DNA of 64,000 nt. Origin: Nitrospirales bacterium. GTDB lineage: Bacteria; Nitrospirota; Nitrospiria; Nitrospirales; UBA8639. Below are positions 21,786-32,682 of the stretch, in pieces. The stretch lies in assembly GCA_965223295.1 (NCBI GenBank), contig CBDCWC010000002.1, positions 256,001 through 320,000 on the forward strand. The letters run 5' to 3'. A program made the translations under genes and the position numbers. The stretch's first letter is position 1; each line of letters begins with the position of its first letter. The notes below the pieces were generated by a model. It ran no database searches, was not told where the DNA came from, and was given only the letters and a program-made list of their open reading frames with translations.

Positions 21786-23012
21786 ATGAGTATGAAAAAC
21801 AAATCTTCTACGACAAACAAAACTCTCGAGCATGAACTTCAATTGCTTCGCAGAGAGAATGCCCGGCTGCGTGCTGTTCACACAATGCATCAAGGCACAC
21901 AAGAAAATGTTGAAGCATTAGAGCAGCAATTAGCCAGTATCATTGATTCCGCTATGGATGGGATCATTACCCTTGACCAGGATTTCAATATTGTCCTGTT
22001 TAATGCAGCGGCCGAGGAGATTTTTCAATGTTCTGTGTCTGAGGTGCTCGGAAAGCCGTTGGATCGCTTAATTCCTGAGCCCATGCGAGAGGTGCATCGA
22101 GTGCATCTTACTCGTTTTGCAGAAAGCGGAGAGACCTATCGTCGCATGGGAAGGTATGGAGAAATATCCGGGTTGCGGTATACCGGGGAAGTGTTTCCGT
22201 TGGAAGCTTCCATTTCTAAAGTTGATCGGCTAGGCAAAAGATGGATGACTGTCATTCTGCGAGATATCTCTCAGCGTGTTAGCGATATGACCAAGCAGCG
22301 TGGCTTAGAAGTTCAACTTCGAAAAACCGAGCGATTGGCTGAACTAGGGACTCTCGCTTCTGGTATGGCACATGAAATTGGGACTCCTATGAATGTCATT
22401 TTAGGACGAGCCGAATTGTTAATGCGCAAAGCCAAAGATGAATCGACGAGGCGAGGGTTAGAAACCATCGTAATGCAGGTAGAGCGTATTACAAAAATCA
22501 TGAATCAATTGTTAAGCTTTGCTCGTAAGCGTCCTTCAGAACAACGGCCGGTGGATTTAGGAAAGATTGTGGGTGAAGTGCTGGATATGCTGCCCGAAAA
22601 TTTCCAGAAGAATGATATTCAGGTTATCAAAGACTATTCCTCTGGTCTTCCTTACGTGTTAGCTGATCCAGATCATATGAGCCAAGTACTCTTAAATTTA
22701 ATGCTGAATGCCTGTCAGGTCATGCCTGAAGGTGGAACCCTCACCCTTACGCTTGGCCGCCGAGACAATGCAGTTGAACTTGGTGTGAAAGATACGGGCC
22801 CCGGGATTTCTGACGAACATATTTCAAAAGTGTTCGACCCATTTTTTACCACTAAGGCTGTGGGGGAGGGAACGGGGCTTGGGTTAACCGTGGTCCATGG
22901 CATCATCCAAGAACACAATGGAACCATTCGCGTAGAGAATGTTCCCGGACAAGGTGCTGCGTTTACGATTTCCCTTCCTATCTATTCCCCAGAAGATTGT
23001 CCGAGATCATGA
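21786..23012 (+). CDS. Cytoplasmic PAS sensor histidine kinase (FixL-like PAS)
   Basis: PAS LIPEPMREVHRVHL...GEVFPLEASIS; H-box AHEIGTP; N, G1, F, G2 boxes; no TM helix. Confidence 0.92.
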   Translation: MSMKNKSSTTNKTLEHELQLLRRENARLRAVHTMHQGTQENVEALEQQLASIIDSAMDGIITLDQDFNIVLFNAAAEEIFQCSVSEVLGKPLDRLIPEPMREVHRVHLTRFAESGETYRRMGRYGEISGLRYTGEVFPLEASISKVDRLGKRWMTVILRDISQRVSDMTKQRGLEVQLRKTERLAELGTLASGMAHEIGTPMNVILGRAELLMRKAKDESTRRGLETIVMQVERITKIMNQLLSFARKRPSEQRPVDLGKIVGEVLDMLPENFQKNDIQVIKDYSSGLPYVLADPDHMSQVLLNLMLNACQVMPEGGTLTLTLGRRDNAVELGVKDTGPGISDEHISKVFDPFFTTKAVGEGTGLGLTVVHGIIQEHNGTIRVENVPGQGAAFTISLPIYSPEDCPRS

Positions 23013-23121
23013 GAAGTGAAGAGTGAGATATCAGGAATGGGATGGGAAAAAAGCTATGAACGATAAACAAAAAGATAGTCCAAGAACAATAATTGGTTTT
23101 TTCCCTCACTTTTCATGTTTC

Positions 23122-23994
23122 TCATGCTTCTGGTTCGTGTCCTTCTGGTTCGACATGAACCACCACGTCTTCCACTGAATCAAAATGATCGATAAGCATG
23201 GTCTCAACTGTTGTTGCAAGCTTATGGGCTTGTTCCACAGACCAGGTGGGCTCCACATGAATGGAGAGATCCACGAACACATGATTGGCCAGCCCGCGTG
23301 TTCGGATGTTGTGGCAATCCAAAATGCCAGGTAGGGAGATAACGGCGGAGTGAATATCTTGTGGATCTATTCGGATCTGGTCCGTCAAAGATGACAAAAC
23401 GTCTCTTAGCACAATCATCGCGGTCCAGGCGATGATCCCGGCGATGATAATGGCCACCAATGGATCAATAGACGGATAGCCAGCTTGAATGGCAATGAGT
23501 CCCGCAACGACTGACAACGATGTCAGCACATCACTTGCCGTGTGATACGAGTCAGCCATCAGAATATCACTTTTGAATTCCTTCCCTTTTTGGCGTTCCC
23601 ATTTCGTCACAAAAATATTCATGCTCATGGTGATGAACATGATGGTAAAACTGATTGTGGTGACCTGGGGATGTATGTCCATCGTCCAGGATCGGTAGGC
23701 TTTCCAAATAAGATAGAGACACGTCATGGCCAGAAGCCCACCGATGGCTCCAGTTGCCAAGGTCTCAAACTTTTTATGACCATAGGGATGATCAGCATCA
23801 GGCTTGGGAGAGGCTAACCAAAGGCCCAACAATCCCACAATATTTGAGAGGCCATCAAAAAATGAGTGCAGTCCATCAGCTTGCATGCCTAGGGATTGGG
23901 TGATAACTCCATAGATCCATTTTGCAGATGCCACAAGGACATTCAGCAAAAGGACCCACAACAATATCCGGCGAATGTTTTGGAGACGTGTCAT
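23122..23994 (-). CDS. Cation diffusion facilitator (FieF-like)
   Basis: ADGLHSFFD, HPYGHKKFE, ADSYHTASD, VVVHVEP; start uncertain (23994 or 24066). Confidence 0.92.
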   Translation of the reverse strand: MTRLQNIRRILLWVLLLNVLVASAKWIYGVITQSLGMQADGLHSFFDGLSNIVGLLGLWLASPKPDADHPYGHKKFETLATGAIGGLLAMTCLYLIWKAYRSWTMDIHPQVTTISFTIMFITMSMNIFVTKWERQKGKEFKSDILMADSYHTASDVLTSLSVVAGLIAIQAGYPSIDPLVAIIIAGIIAWTAMIVLRDVLSSLTDQIRIDPQDIHSAVISLPGILDCHNIRTRGLANHVFVDLSIHVEPTWSVEQAHKLATTVETMLIDHFDSVEDVVVHVEPEGHEPEA

Positions 23995-24108
23995 GAATGA
24001 TGTAGGAAAGATGCGTGCGATTCTTAACAGGATTGTTCTGAAGAATAGATTGTGGATTGTGTTCAATTCATTGAACGTGCGAAACTCAGCCGACTTCCAA
24101 CTTGAAAA

Positions 24109-25296
24109 CTACCTCGTCCGACCTGGACCTTTGGCCGCCTGTGTGAGAGCTATTCGAGTCATCAACGGTCCGATCAATTCAAAAACAATCGTGGAGCCAA
24201 TGGCAATTGGCAAAATTACGTCCTTGAGCGCTGGGAAATGTTGACTGGCGAGAAGAGCCATACCCAATGCTACTCCAGCTTGAGGCCATAGTGCTGCTCC
24301 CATCCATCGTTGTAAAAGAGGGTGAGCACAACAGATGGCTCCTCCGCCCCAGGCCCCAATCGTACGCCCCAGGAGGCGTAACAGGATGTAGGCGAGACCA
24401 AGGAGAGTAACAGTTTGCAATGCATAGATATCGAGTGATGCTCCAGCCAAGATGAAAAAAAGAATCATGAATGGCCATTCAATTCCTTCAATGGCACTGA
24501 AAGGACGACGGTGATGCTTGGCTAAATTGGCAACCGTGGCACCTAGGATCATCCCGGCTAAAATAAAAGAGACATGCAACCATTCAGCAAGTCCGCCACA
24601 AAGCAGGACGATGCCTAGGGCTTCAGCTTGAGTCGGTTCCCCTGGCCTGAGTTGTCCCGTGAGATAAGCCATGGGAATACCCAAAATCAAGCCCAAGAGA
24701 ATGGCTCCTCCAATTTCATAGGTTCCTAGTAAGAGCGTCTGCATGCCTTCTCCATTGCCAGAGATGGCCTGGGCAAAAGCCAACAAAAAGCTAAAGATGA
24801 TGAGTCCCCATGCGTCGTCGATCGCTACGATACTTTCCAGAATTTCTGAAAATTCACCCTTCGAACGAGTTTGGCGAATGACGTCTATGGTTGCGGCGGG
24901 ATCTGTCGCCAGGGCAATGCCAGCAAGTATGAGTGCGACTTCGGGTTGGATGCCCAGTATAATGAGCCCAAGGAAGACGGTCAGAGCTGTTCCGACCACT
25001 GAACCAATCGATATCCATAAGACACACTTCCCACGTTTTTTCAGAGACGTGATAGTCAGAGCATGACCCAATAAAAATCCCACCATAGATAGAGCGATGT
25101 CCGTGACGACTGGAAACCAGTCTTCTTGAAAGTCTGGGAGAATATTTAGTCCTGATGGACCAATGGCAAAACCAGAGAAAAGTAATAGGGTAACTCTGGG
25201 TAACGGAGTGCGGCGTCCGAGCAGATCTGTTAAAAGGCCAAGAAGAAAAAGGAGCCCCAGCGTGATTAATATTTTGGGAACAATTTCCATTAGCAC
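24109..25296 (-). CDS. Cation:proton antiporter
   Basis: Polytopic membrane protein; ATDPAAT, AIDDAWG, PQAGVALG motifs. Confidence 0.9.
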   Translation of the reverse strand: MLMEIVPKILITLGLLFLLGLLTDLLGRRTPLPRVTLLLFSGFAIGPSGLNILPDFQEDWFPVVTDIALSMVGFLLGHALTITSLKKRGKCVLWISIGSVVGTALTVFLGLIILGIQPEVALILAGIALATDPAATIDVIRQTRSKGEFSEILESIVAIDDAWGLIIFSFLLAFAQAISGNGEGMQTLLLGTYEIGGAILLGLILGIPMAYLTGQLRPGEPTQAEALGIVLLCGGLAEWLHVSFILAGMILGATVANLAKHHRRPFSAIEGIEWPFMILFFILAGASLDIYALQTVTLLGLAYILLRLLGRTIGAWGGGAICCAHPLLQRWMGAALWPQAGVALGMALLASQHFPALKDVILPIAIGSTIVFELIGPLMTRIALTQAAKGPGRTR

Positions 25297-25568
25297 CCAA
25301 AAATGTTATGTGAAGGCATAGGATAGAAAACGTGAACTCTTCATGAAGAATATGGATGACATATAAAGATGAGAACGTTACAAATGAATGGAAACCTCAT
25401 GCACTTTTGAGAAATATTTTTGGTGATAAGTGGAAAAACGCTACATTGTCCGAAAGCCTATGAATCCAGCAAAGAGGGACAGAATGAATGTTTTCTTGCA
25501 TATGCAGAATAATAAAAGACTATTTTAGTCTATTATATGGGAACGAAAAGATACATAAAGCCCAAACT

Positions 25569-25584
25569 TGGCAAGATTTGTGCG
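25569..25584 (+). promoter_or_regulatory. Putative sigma54 promoter of usp-pentapeptide operon
   Basis: TGGCAAGATTTGTGCG (GG-N10-GC) about 75 nt upstream of ATG 25659. Confidence 0.6.
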
Positions 25585-25658
25585 TAAATCAGAAAGAAGA
25601 TCAGATAGGACTAGGGTATTAGAGTGATTGTTTATAATTAATTTGGAGTCTTACGCAC

Positions 25659-26564
25659 ATGAAAATTTTATGTTCTGTTGATGGATCAGATTTTTCTTGT
25701 CTGTTAATGCAGAGTGTGGGAACTGTGTTTCGGAGTAGGGTCAAAGAGATCGTCCTCTTGCATGTGTTGCCTGTGGGGCAAGTTAAGAAACGTCGAATCC
25801 CTAATACAGGACAAGTGGGTTCGTGGTTCGATCTCTCTGAAAAAATGAACCAAGCCAGTAAAAAACTGTTATATGAGCATGCCGAAAGAATCAAATTGGT
25901 ACTGAACCAAGCAGGAACGACTAGACAGACGTCTCTGAAAACTCTAGTCATGAAGGGGAATGTTTCAGATTCTATTCTGCGAGCAAGTGAAAAGATGAAC
26001 GCTGATTGTATTGCAGTTGGTTCCAGAGGAATGACCGATGTTCCAGGATATTTGTTGGGGAGTGTATCAAGAAAAGTGGTGACGCATGCTTCATGTTCTG
26101 TCTTTATGGCCAAAGGGGAGGTCACGGTTCCCCTTTCAGCATTATGTGCGGTGGATGGATCAAAAGCCACCACACGAGCCATCAAAAAAATGACAGATTG
26201 GTTGGACCCCGATGAAATTGCCTTGCATGTGGTTTCGGTAGTTCCTGAAAAATTGACTGACTTGGGTTTAGAGATATTAGGAAAAAGGCAAGCCAAGGCT
26301 CTGATGGCACCGGTTCGAAAGCAAGTTCGAGTGTTATTGGCTGATGTTCAGAAGAAATTTCTTAAGGCAGGTTTTCAGGTGGATACGGAATATTTGGAGG
26401 GGAATCCTCCTAGAGAAATTGTCGAGGCTGCCAAATGTTTGAAGACGTCATTGATCTGTGTTGGATCAAAGGGCCTTTCCGGGATTGACCGATTCATGTT
26501 GGGGAGTGTCTCTGAGTGGGTTAGTACTCATTCGCCGGAGTCAGTGTTGGTGATACGCCAATAA
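25659..26564 (+). CDS. Universal stress protein, two USP domains
   Basis: ILCSVDGS, IAVGSRG..LLGSVS, ICVGSKG..LGSVS motifs. Confidence 0.92.
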   Translation: MKILCSVDGSDFSCLLMQSVGTVFRSRVKEIVLLHVLPVGQVKKRRIPNTGQVGSWFDLSEKMNQASKKLLYEHAERIKLVLNQAGTTRQTSLKTLVMKGNVSDSILRASEKMNADCIAVGSRGMTDVPGYLLGSVSRKVVTHASCSVFMAKGEVTVPLSALCAVDGSKATTRAIKKMTDWLDPDEIALHVVSVVPEKLTDLGLEILGKRQAKALMAPVRKQVRVLLADVQKKFLKAGFQVDTEYLEGNPPREIVEAAKCLKTSLICVGSKGLSGIDRFMLGSVSEWVSTHSPESVLVIRQ

Positions 26565-26567
26565 CCT

Positions 26568-27908
26568 ATGGGAGAAAAGAAAGTGAGGTTGAAATTGATA
26601 GAAAATCGGCGTGGTAAGCAAAGACCTGCAATCGCACAATATGTGGTCTGTTTGGCCTTCTTGATGTTGGCGTTGGATATGTTTTATCTCGTTCCTCTCA
26701 CGTTTGCCGATCATGTTCCCGGGGAACCATCTTCAACTCCAGAGGTACAAAGTTGTGCTGGGGAGCATGCCGGCCGTTTCGTGAGCGACGACGTCCTACA
26801 GATAATTTTGGTGGAACATGCCAAATGGGTACAACATCATCCTAGTTCCAATGGGAAACGGGCTAATTTGTGTGGTGCGGAATTATCGGGAGCTGACTTT
26901 CGCGAGCAAGATCTGAGTGGAGTAAATTTTCAGGGAGCCAACCTTTCTCGTGCCGACTTTACGGCTGCTATTTTAGTCCATGCGAACTTTCGCAAAGCGA
27001 ATGCGAATGAAGCCTCATTCTATGCCGCAGATTTACGAGGAGCCAATGGGTCTGGGGCACTCTTTCGTCGTGCCAATTTCCGAAAAGCGAATTTGAGTCA
27101 AGCCAATTTTTCACGAGCCGATTTGCGGGAGGCGAATTTGGCAGAGGCTCAATTACGTTTTAGTACCTTGCGGGGGGGCAACTTGGAAGAAGCGTACTTG
27201 GTCGGCGCTGATTTAGAAATGGCCAATGGTGAAGAGGCTAACTTGGTTCGTGCGGATTTGCGAGAGGCGAATCTGCACCGGGCGTTGTTGGCTCATGCCA
27301 AACTAGTAGAAGCGGACCTGAACAGCAGTCATTTACAGGAAGCTGATTTTCGTTCGGCTGATTTATCTGCGGCCGACCTGGGTGCCGCCAATATGAATGA
27401 GGCCATTTTTGAAGAAGCAGAACTCCGTGAGGCCACGTTGGAGCGAGCGGTGCTCTATCATGCCAATCTTCACAAAGCCAAATGTGCCGGAGCTAACTTT
27501 CAAGAAGCGGATTTGTTAGGGGCCAATTTGAGCGAAAGTAATCTCGTGAGAGCGGAGATGGACGAAGCCTTTTTGTCAAAGGCCAATTTACAGAAGGCTA
27601 ATTTAGAAGGTGTAGATTTGTCATGGGCTAACCTGGTTGAAGCCGATCTTTCGGAAAGTAATCTAGAATTCTCTGTCATGTTCCGAACAAACTTACAAGA
27701 CGCGATTCTGGATCGGGCCAAATTTTATGGAGCAGATCTGCGAGGGGCGAATGTGAAAGGAGCTTCGTTTCATCGAACAGGGTTGCATGGAGTCGCGATG
27801 CGATATGCGAATGGATTTTCTCAGGACCAAGTCAATGAAGCCTGTGCCGATGTTCGAACGCGCCTGCCAGAAGGAATGAAGAGGCCTCTAGCTTGCCAGA
27901 AAAAGTAG
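26568..27908 (+). CDS. Exported pentapeptide-repeat protein
   Basis: Hydrophobic N-terminal segment, then a long A(D/N)Lxx repeat array. Confidence 0.9.
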   Translation: MGEKKVRLKLIENRRGKQRPAIAQYVVCLAFLMLALDMFYLVPLTFADHVPGEPSSTPEVQSCAGEHAGRFVSDDVLQIILVEHAKWVQHHPSSNGKRANLCGAELSGADFREQDLSGVNFQGANLSRADFTAAILVHANFRKANANEASFYAADLRGANGSGALFRRANFRKANLSQANFSRADLREANLAEAQLRFSTLRGGNLEEAYLVGADLEMANGEEANLVRADLREANLHRALLAHAKLVEADLNSSHLQEADFRSADLSAADLGAANMNEAIFEEAELREATLERAVLYHANLHKAKCAGANFQEADLLGANLSESNLVRAEMDEAFLSKANLQKANLEGVDLSWANLVEADLSESNLEFSVMFRTNLQDAILDRAKFYGADLRGANVKGASFHRTGLHGVAMRYANGFSQDQVNEACADVRTRLPEGMKRPLACQKK

Positions 27909-27920
27909 GCAGTGTGGTTT

Positions 27921-28105
27921 ATGAAACGTTCTTTTCTTATTATTCTTTTCCTAGGTTTGATGGTCTTTCTCTCTCTTTAGGGGTACTACTAGCAGAACAG
28001 GGTGATGCTCACTGGGGAAGGACGCTCTACCTAAAACATTACAGAGTAGGTCACGGTCCAGAGGGGAAGGGCGATGGGGATGTGGAGATTTGTGTTGTCG
28101 GATGA
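27921..28105 (+). pseudogene. Degenerate cytochrome c remnant
   Basis: GDAHWGRTLYLKHYRVGHGPEGKGDG matches the class I cytochrome c N-terminus with CxxCH changed to YxxGH; upstream ATG is out of frame; truncated. Confidence 0.6.
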
Positions 28106-28176
28106 AGAGATGGCTTCTGTTTTGAAATATGTTCGATCTTTCTCTTCGGGATCGTAGTTTTTACGAAAAAGCATTG

Positions 28177-29700
28177 TTATTTGAGGGACTCTTGACGAAG
28201 CACTTTCACTAACCCCACACCCCCGAAAATCAGAAGCACACTTTGAGGTAAGCCAGCCGATATTGAGGCGGCTTGAAGAGCCTTGAGTCCACCGGCAAGT
28301 AGCAAGACCGCTGCCGCTGCCCCTTCGGACACTCCCCAATACACACGATTGGCCACAGGTGGATTGGGGTTGCCTCTTGAAGTGATCATATCTGCTACAA
28401 AGGAGCCAGAATCTGAAGAAGTGATAAAGAACATGACCATGAGAATCAGTCCAATCCACTGCATGAGTTCTGTCCAGGGAAGTTGTTCGAGTAAGAGAGG
28501 GAGTGACATAGCGACATTCTTCAAGATGGGTTCTGTGAGCCCCCCATCTCCGAAACGTTCCACATACAATGCCGTTCCTCCAAAGACGGCGAACCAGACG
28601 AAGGTCACAAATGTTGGTGCCAACAAGACGCATACCACAAACTCTCGAATTGTTCGCCCACGTGAGATTCGTGCAATAAATATCCCGACAAAAGGACACC
28701 AGGATATCCACCATCCCCAATAAAATAATGTCCAATTCGTTTGCCACTTCGATGACGATCCCCAGTCGACCCATACACTGGTCTGTGCTAGAAAGAGCCC
28801 ATAGTCAAGTAGGCCGAGGGCAAAAGTCTGAATTTGGTACAGAGTGGGCCCTGTCAGGAACACGAAACCTAAAACCAAACACATGATGGCCACGTTTGTG
28901 ATACTTAAATATTTAATCCCACGTGACACCCCACTCACCGTGGAAGTCGTCGCTACGAGAGTAATGAACGTCACAATCCATATTTGGTTTGAGGTGATAT
29001 ATCCAATGTTGGTCAATTGGCTTAAGGCTGCATTTATTTGCATGGCCCCCAATCCGAGGGACGTGGCTACGCCTAACAACGTTCCCACAGTACAAAAGGC
29101 ATCGGTTCCATGGCCTAACCAGCCATATATTCGATTTCCAAACACGGGATGTAAGAGTGAGCGAGGAGCTAACGGCAGGCCCTGACGAAAATGAAGGAGA
29201 GCAATGCCCAGACCGAAAATGACGTACATGGCCCAGGGATGGAGGCCCCAATGAAAATAGCTGAAAAAGATGGCCTCACGTGCGGCTTCGTTTGTCATAG
29301 GCTTTGCGGTGGGTGGGGCTTGGAAATGATTCAGGGGCTCAGCGACACCCCAGAAAACTAAGCCCATTCCCATTCCTGCCGCAAACAACATAGCTAGCCA
29401 TGCCATTCTACTATATTGTGGACTTTCATCTTGCGGCCCCAGTCTGATTCTTCCATAACGGCTGCTCAGCAACCACAACACAAAAACGAGCAAACCTGCA
29501 GTTGCGAAGATGTAGTACCAACCGAAGGTCTGCGTGATAAACGTCAATGTGGCTTGAAACGTTATTTTCGCCAGATCAGTCCAGAAACCAGCAAACAGGA
29601 TAAGTGCAACATTGAGGGTTGCAGCAAGAAAGAAGACTGGAGGACTGATCCCATCGCGCCATTCAAGGAAGAGAGCTTTGGTAGTATGGAACACCTTCAT
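28177..29700 (-). CDS. BCCT (betaine/carnitine/choline) transporter
   Basis: WLAMLFAAGMGMGLVFWGVAEP, HWGLHPW, WTLFYWGWWISWCPFVGIFIARISRGRT motifs. Confidence 0.95.
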   Translation of the reverse strand: MKVFHTTKALFLEWRDGISPPVFFLAATLNVALILFAGFWTDLAKITFQATLTFITQTFGWYYIFATAGLLVFVLWLLSSRYGRIRLGPQDESPQYSRMAWLAMLFAAGMGMGLVFWGVAEPLNHFQAPPTAKPMTNEAAREAIFFSYFHWGLHPWAMYVIFGLGIALLHFRQGLPLAPRSLLHPVFGNRIYGWLGHGTDAFCTVGTLLGVATSLGLGAMQINAALSQLTNIGYITSNQIWIVTFITLVATTSTVSGVSRGIKYLSITNVAIMCLVLGFVFLTGPTLYQIQTFALGLLDYGLFLAQTSVWVDWGSSSKWQTNWTLFYWGWWISWCPFVGIFIARISRGRTIREFVVCVLLAPTFVTFVWFAVFGGTALYVERFGDGGLTEPILKNVAMSLPLLLEQLPWTELMQWIGLILMVMFFITSSDSGSFVADMITSRGNPNPPVANRVYWGVSEGAAAAVLLLAGGLKALQAASISAGLPQSVLLIFGGVGLVKVLRQESLK

Positions 29701-30232
29701 CGGTGTTATTCAACCAGCATTGTGGCATCCTTGCCAGCTAGGTTTTTTCATTTCCATTGCGACACTCTGGTATTCCTGGAAGGAATCTGTCCTGTCAACG
29801 TACAGTTAAGACGCTGGCTATTCTAAAGAAATCGCCTCACGTTCTCTTCATATTGTTTAGGAGCAATCGTATCTCACTCACCGCAACTTCGGAAGCCTAT
29901 TTCATCGTCCAGAAAAATCGAATGTCTGTCAGTTGCTTTTTACTCATTCACAAGTCGTGTCAGGTGGGTTGGCCCAAATGATTTCCATGAGCGACTATGA
30001 TTTTAATGGTAACGCTGCATTGATACTGTACAACTAGTTCGGCGACCGCCGACTCAAAAATTTTTCAGGAGCCTGACTCCGTGGGAAAGAAACCCTTCTG
30101 GTGTCATAGCGAGTTAAACCCGCCCATTGTGATAAGGTTGGGTGATGTAGTAAAGCTAACGTCGATGTGGGCACACCAAGCCTTTCGCTTGAGACCGTTT
30201 GAAAAGGTCTAGAGGGAAATCATAGGTATCCA

Positions 30233-31465
30233 GTGGACCATCATACTTTTTTTCTCCACCTGCTCATCATTCTGTTATCCGCAAGAATTTTTGCGGAAAT
30301 TGCTACACGCCTTCACATGCCACGAGTAATGGGGGAACTCTTTGCCGGTGTTCTTCTTGGGCCAAGCCTTCTGGGTTGGATTGAACCACAGGCTGTTATT
30401 AAATTGTTAGCGGAAATTGGCATTATCCTACTACTATTCGAGGTGGGACTTGGTACCGACGTCAAGCGATTGGTTCGAACCGGGAAAGAAGCCATAATCG
30501 TTGCCATGACTGGGTTTGTTTTACCGTTCACTTTAGGCTTTGCTCTTGCTTACGGGATGTTCAGGCTACCTATTTTAGAGTCTCTTTTCATTGGAGGGAC
30601 TCTCACGGCCACAAGTATTGGCATTACGATGCGAATCCTAATGGATCTCACCAGGCATAATGAGCGAGAAGGCCAAATTATTTTAGGGGCTGCTGTGCTG
30701 GATGATGTGCTGGGTATTGTTTTGTTAGCTCTCCTCTATGAGTTTTCCATCGGGGGAGGCATTAATCTTATCAATGCCAGTAAAGTGTTGTTGTTTGTGG
30801 TGACATTTTTTGTTCTGGCACCCATAGCTGCCAAGTTCATCTCAATTCTCATTAAACATTTTGACCAAACCACAAAGGTTTCCGGTCTCATACCGACGTC
30901 GGTTGTGTCACTAGTACTGTTCTTTGCCTGGCTAGCTCATGCGGTTGGTGCACCGGAACTCTTGGGAGGATTTGCAGCAGGCCTTGCTCTTTCCAGGCGA
31001 TTTTTCCTTCCTTTTGGAATTGCCTTTCATGGTGAGCCGGCTTTTGCCCATCGCATTGAAGAGCAGATGAAGCCGATCATTTTCCTCTTCACTCCAATTT
31101 TCTTTGTCATGGTTGGTCTTTCCCTCAACCTTCGGGTAATTGACTGGCATTCACCTTTTATCTGGACATTTTCTTCATGCCTGTTCGTGGTAGCCATAGT
31201 GGGGAAACTTGGAGGAGCCCTCGTTATTCAGGAACCTTGGCGTGATCGAGTGATCGTGGGTCTGGCCATGATCCCCCGAGGAGAAGTGGGCTTAATTTTC
31301 GCAGAATTAGGTCGAGTGAGTGAGATTTTTAGTAATGAAACTTATGCCGGCATGGTGATCGTCATTGCCCTGACCACTGTGTTCCCACCACTGATTATTA
31401 AGTGGATGTACCAATCCTTCGGCCATCCCCTCCCAATAAGTACAAGTACTAAGGGTGAGAAATAG
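30233..31465 (+). CDS. CPA2-family cation:proton antiporter
   Basis: LLLFEVGL, ATSIGIT, AAVLDDVLG, MIPRGEVGLI motifs. Confidence 0.92.
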   Translation: MDHHTFFLHLLIILLSARIFAEIATRLHMPRVMGELFAGVLLGPSLLGWIEPQAVIKLLAEIGIILLLFEVGLGTDVKRLVRTGKEAIIVAMTGFVLPFTLGFALAYGMFRLPILESLFIGGTLTATSIGITMRILMDLTRHNEREGQIILGAAVLDDVLGIVLLALLYEFSIGGGINLINASKVLLFVVTFFVLAPIAAKFISILIKHFDQTTKVSGLIPTSVVSLVLFFAWLAHAVGAPELLGGFAAGLALSRRFFLPFGIAFHGEPAFAHRIEEQMKPIIFLFTPIFFVMVGLSLNLRVIDWHSPFIWTFSSCLFVVAIVGKLGGALVIQEPWRDRVIVGLAMIPRGEVGLIFAELGRVSEIFSNETYAGMVIVIALTTVFPPLIIKWMYQSFGHPLPISTSTKGEK

Positions 31466-31637
31466 CAGGGTATACAGGAATCCCGTCGTGTAGATATCCT
31501 TGTACTTTTTCGTTCATTGTATTCTGCAGAAATCTTTGTTGTGGCGCATCCGATTTTTTCAAAGAATCCGAACCCTGTCCTTTACCTCAATATATGGGCT
31601 TGAGGGACTCATTGAAAGACTTTAAAGGCACTGGTTG

Positions 31638-32396
31638 TTATTTCTGTCCCTGCTTCCGCCGTTGTTCTCGGAGTCGCTGTATTTCTTCTTCTCCCAAGGG
31701 TGCGTGATGCTTGATTTGTAGGCTTCGTGCCCATTCGCGGGCAAAGTCACGCTGGAGGTTCATATTCACCATTGCAGTGACGAACATTGTCAATAACGCT
31801 CCCAAACTCGCTAAGGCCATATCCTTGTGGGCATCCCACACATCGCCTTGGGTCCCTAAATAGGCAATCCCTAAGTCTCCCCCAACGACTGTTGCCGCCC
31901 CCCATTCCATAAGTTCGAAAATCATAGATGTGGCCATGATGAAACTCATGGGCAAAGCATAGCCCCAAAATCCTCGTACGCCGGCGATTCGCAAATACAC
32001 CTCTCGTATAGGATAAGCCAGGAAAAGACCATAGGAAAAATGAACAATGCGGTCAAAATTGTTTCGTTGCCAACCAAATAGTTCATTCAGAGTATGTCCG
32101 GTGATTGATGTCCACCAAGAGTCATACGGAACTTCGGCATATGTGTAATGAGCGCCGATCACATGAAGACATCCAAAGAGATAGAGCAATGTGTAAGAAA
32201 CTTTGGAGAAAGGAAATCGTGTATAGGTGAGGGCAAGAATAGGGACGATAAGAAATACGAGAACATTTTCAAGAAGCCAGTCACTGCGATACAGAGGCTC
32301 GATGGCGAGAACCATCCATTCCGCCAGAAACAGCGCTGCGAGGATAGACACGTAACATTTATGAGAAGAAGTCATAGCGATCCAATGAATTTTCAA
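31638..32396 (-). CDS. DUF2238-like membrane protein
   Basis: GAHYTYAEVP, RNNFDRIVHF, YLGTQGDVWDAHKDM motifs. Confidence 0.88.
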   Translation of the reverse strand: MKIHWIAMTSSHKCYVSILAALFLAEWMVLAIEPLYRSDWLLENVLVFLIVPILALTYTRFPFSKVSYTLLYLFGCLHVIGAHYTYAEVPYDSWWTSITGHTLNELFGWQRNNFDRIVHFSYGLFLAYPIREVYLRIAGVRGFWGYALPMSFIMATSMIFELMEWGAATVVGGDLGIAYLGTQGDVWDAHKDMALASLGALLTMFVTAMVNMNLQRDFAREWARSLQIKHHAPLGEEEIQRLREQRRKQGQK

Positions 32397-32682
32397 GATT
32401 CCTATATATCAGAAGGGTACTTGATCGAATGAGGTTCCACGCAAGATGTCTCGCAGCAAAATGTTGATGAGATTGACACTCTAAGCAATTCTTGTATGTT
32501 AGAGATAGGTACGGTAACAAAACTATAGAATACAGACGATAAGTTCGAAATCTTGTTTTGTGCCAGTCCGTTCATAATGGCAAAGGCAGAATGTATGTTT
32601 AAAGCTAAATCCAGTTTGGTCCTGCTTCAACACTTTTACGGGCCTATGTGTTCAAGGCGATGTTTCGCACAGCTGGGGGGGT

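Noticed and set aside
29960-30120. Possible decayed USP fragment on the minus strand (VAELVVQYQCSVTIK)
   Set aside because: Similarity is too short and weak to support without a search.
32551-32566. TGGCAC on the minus strand as a sigma54 promoter
   Set aside because: No GC at the -12 position.
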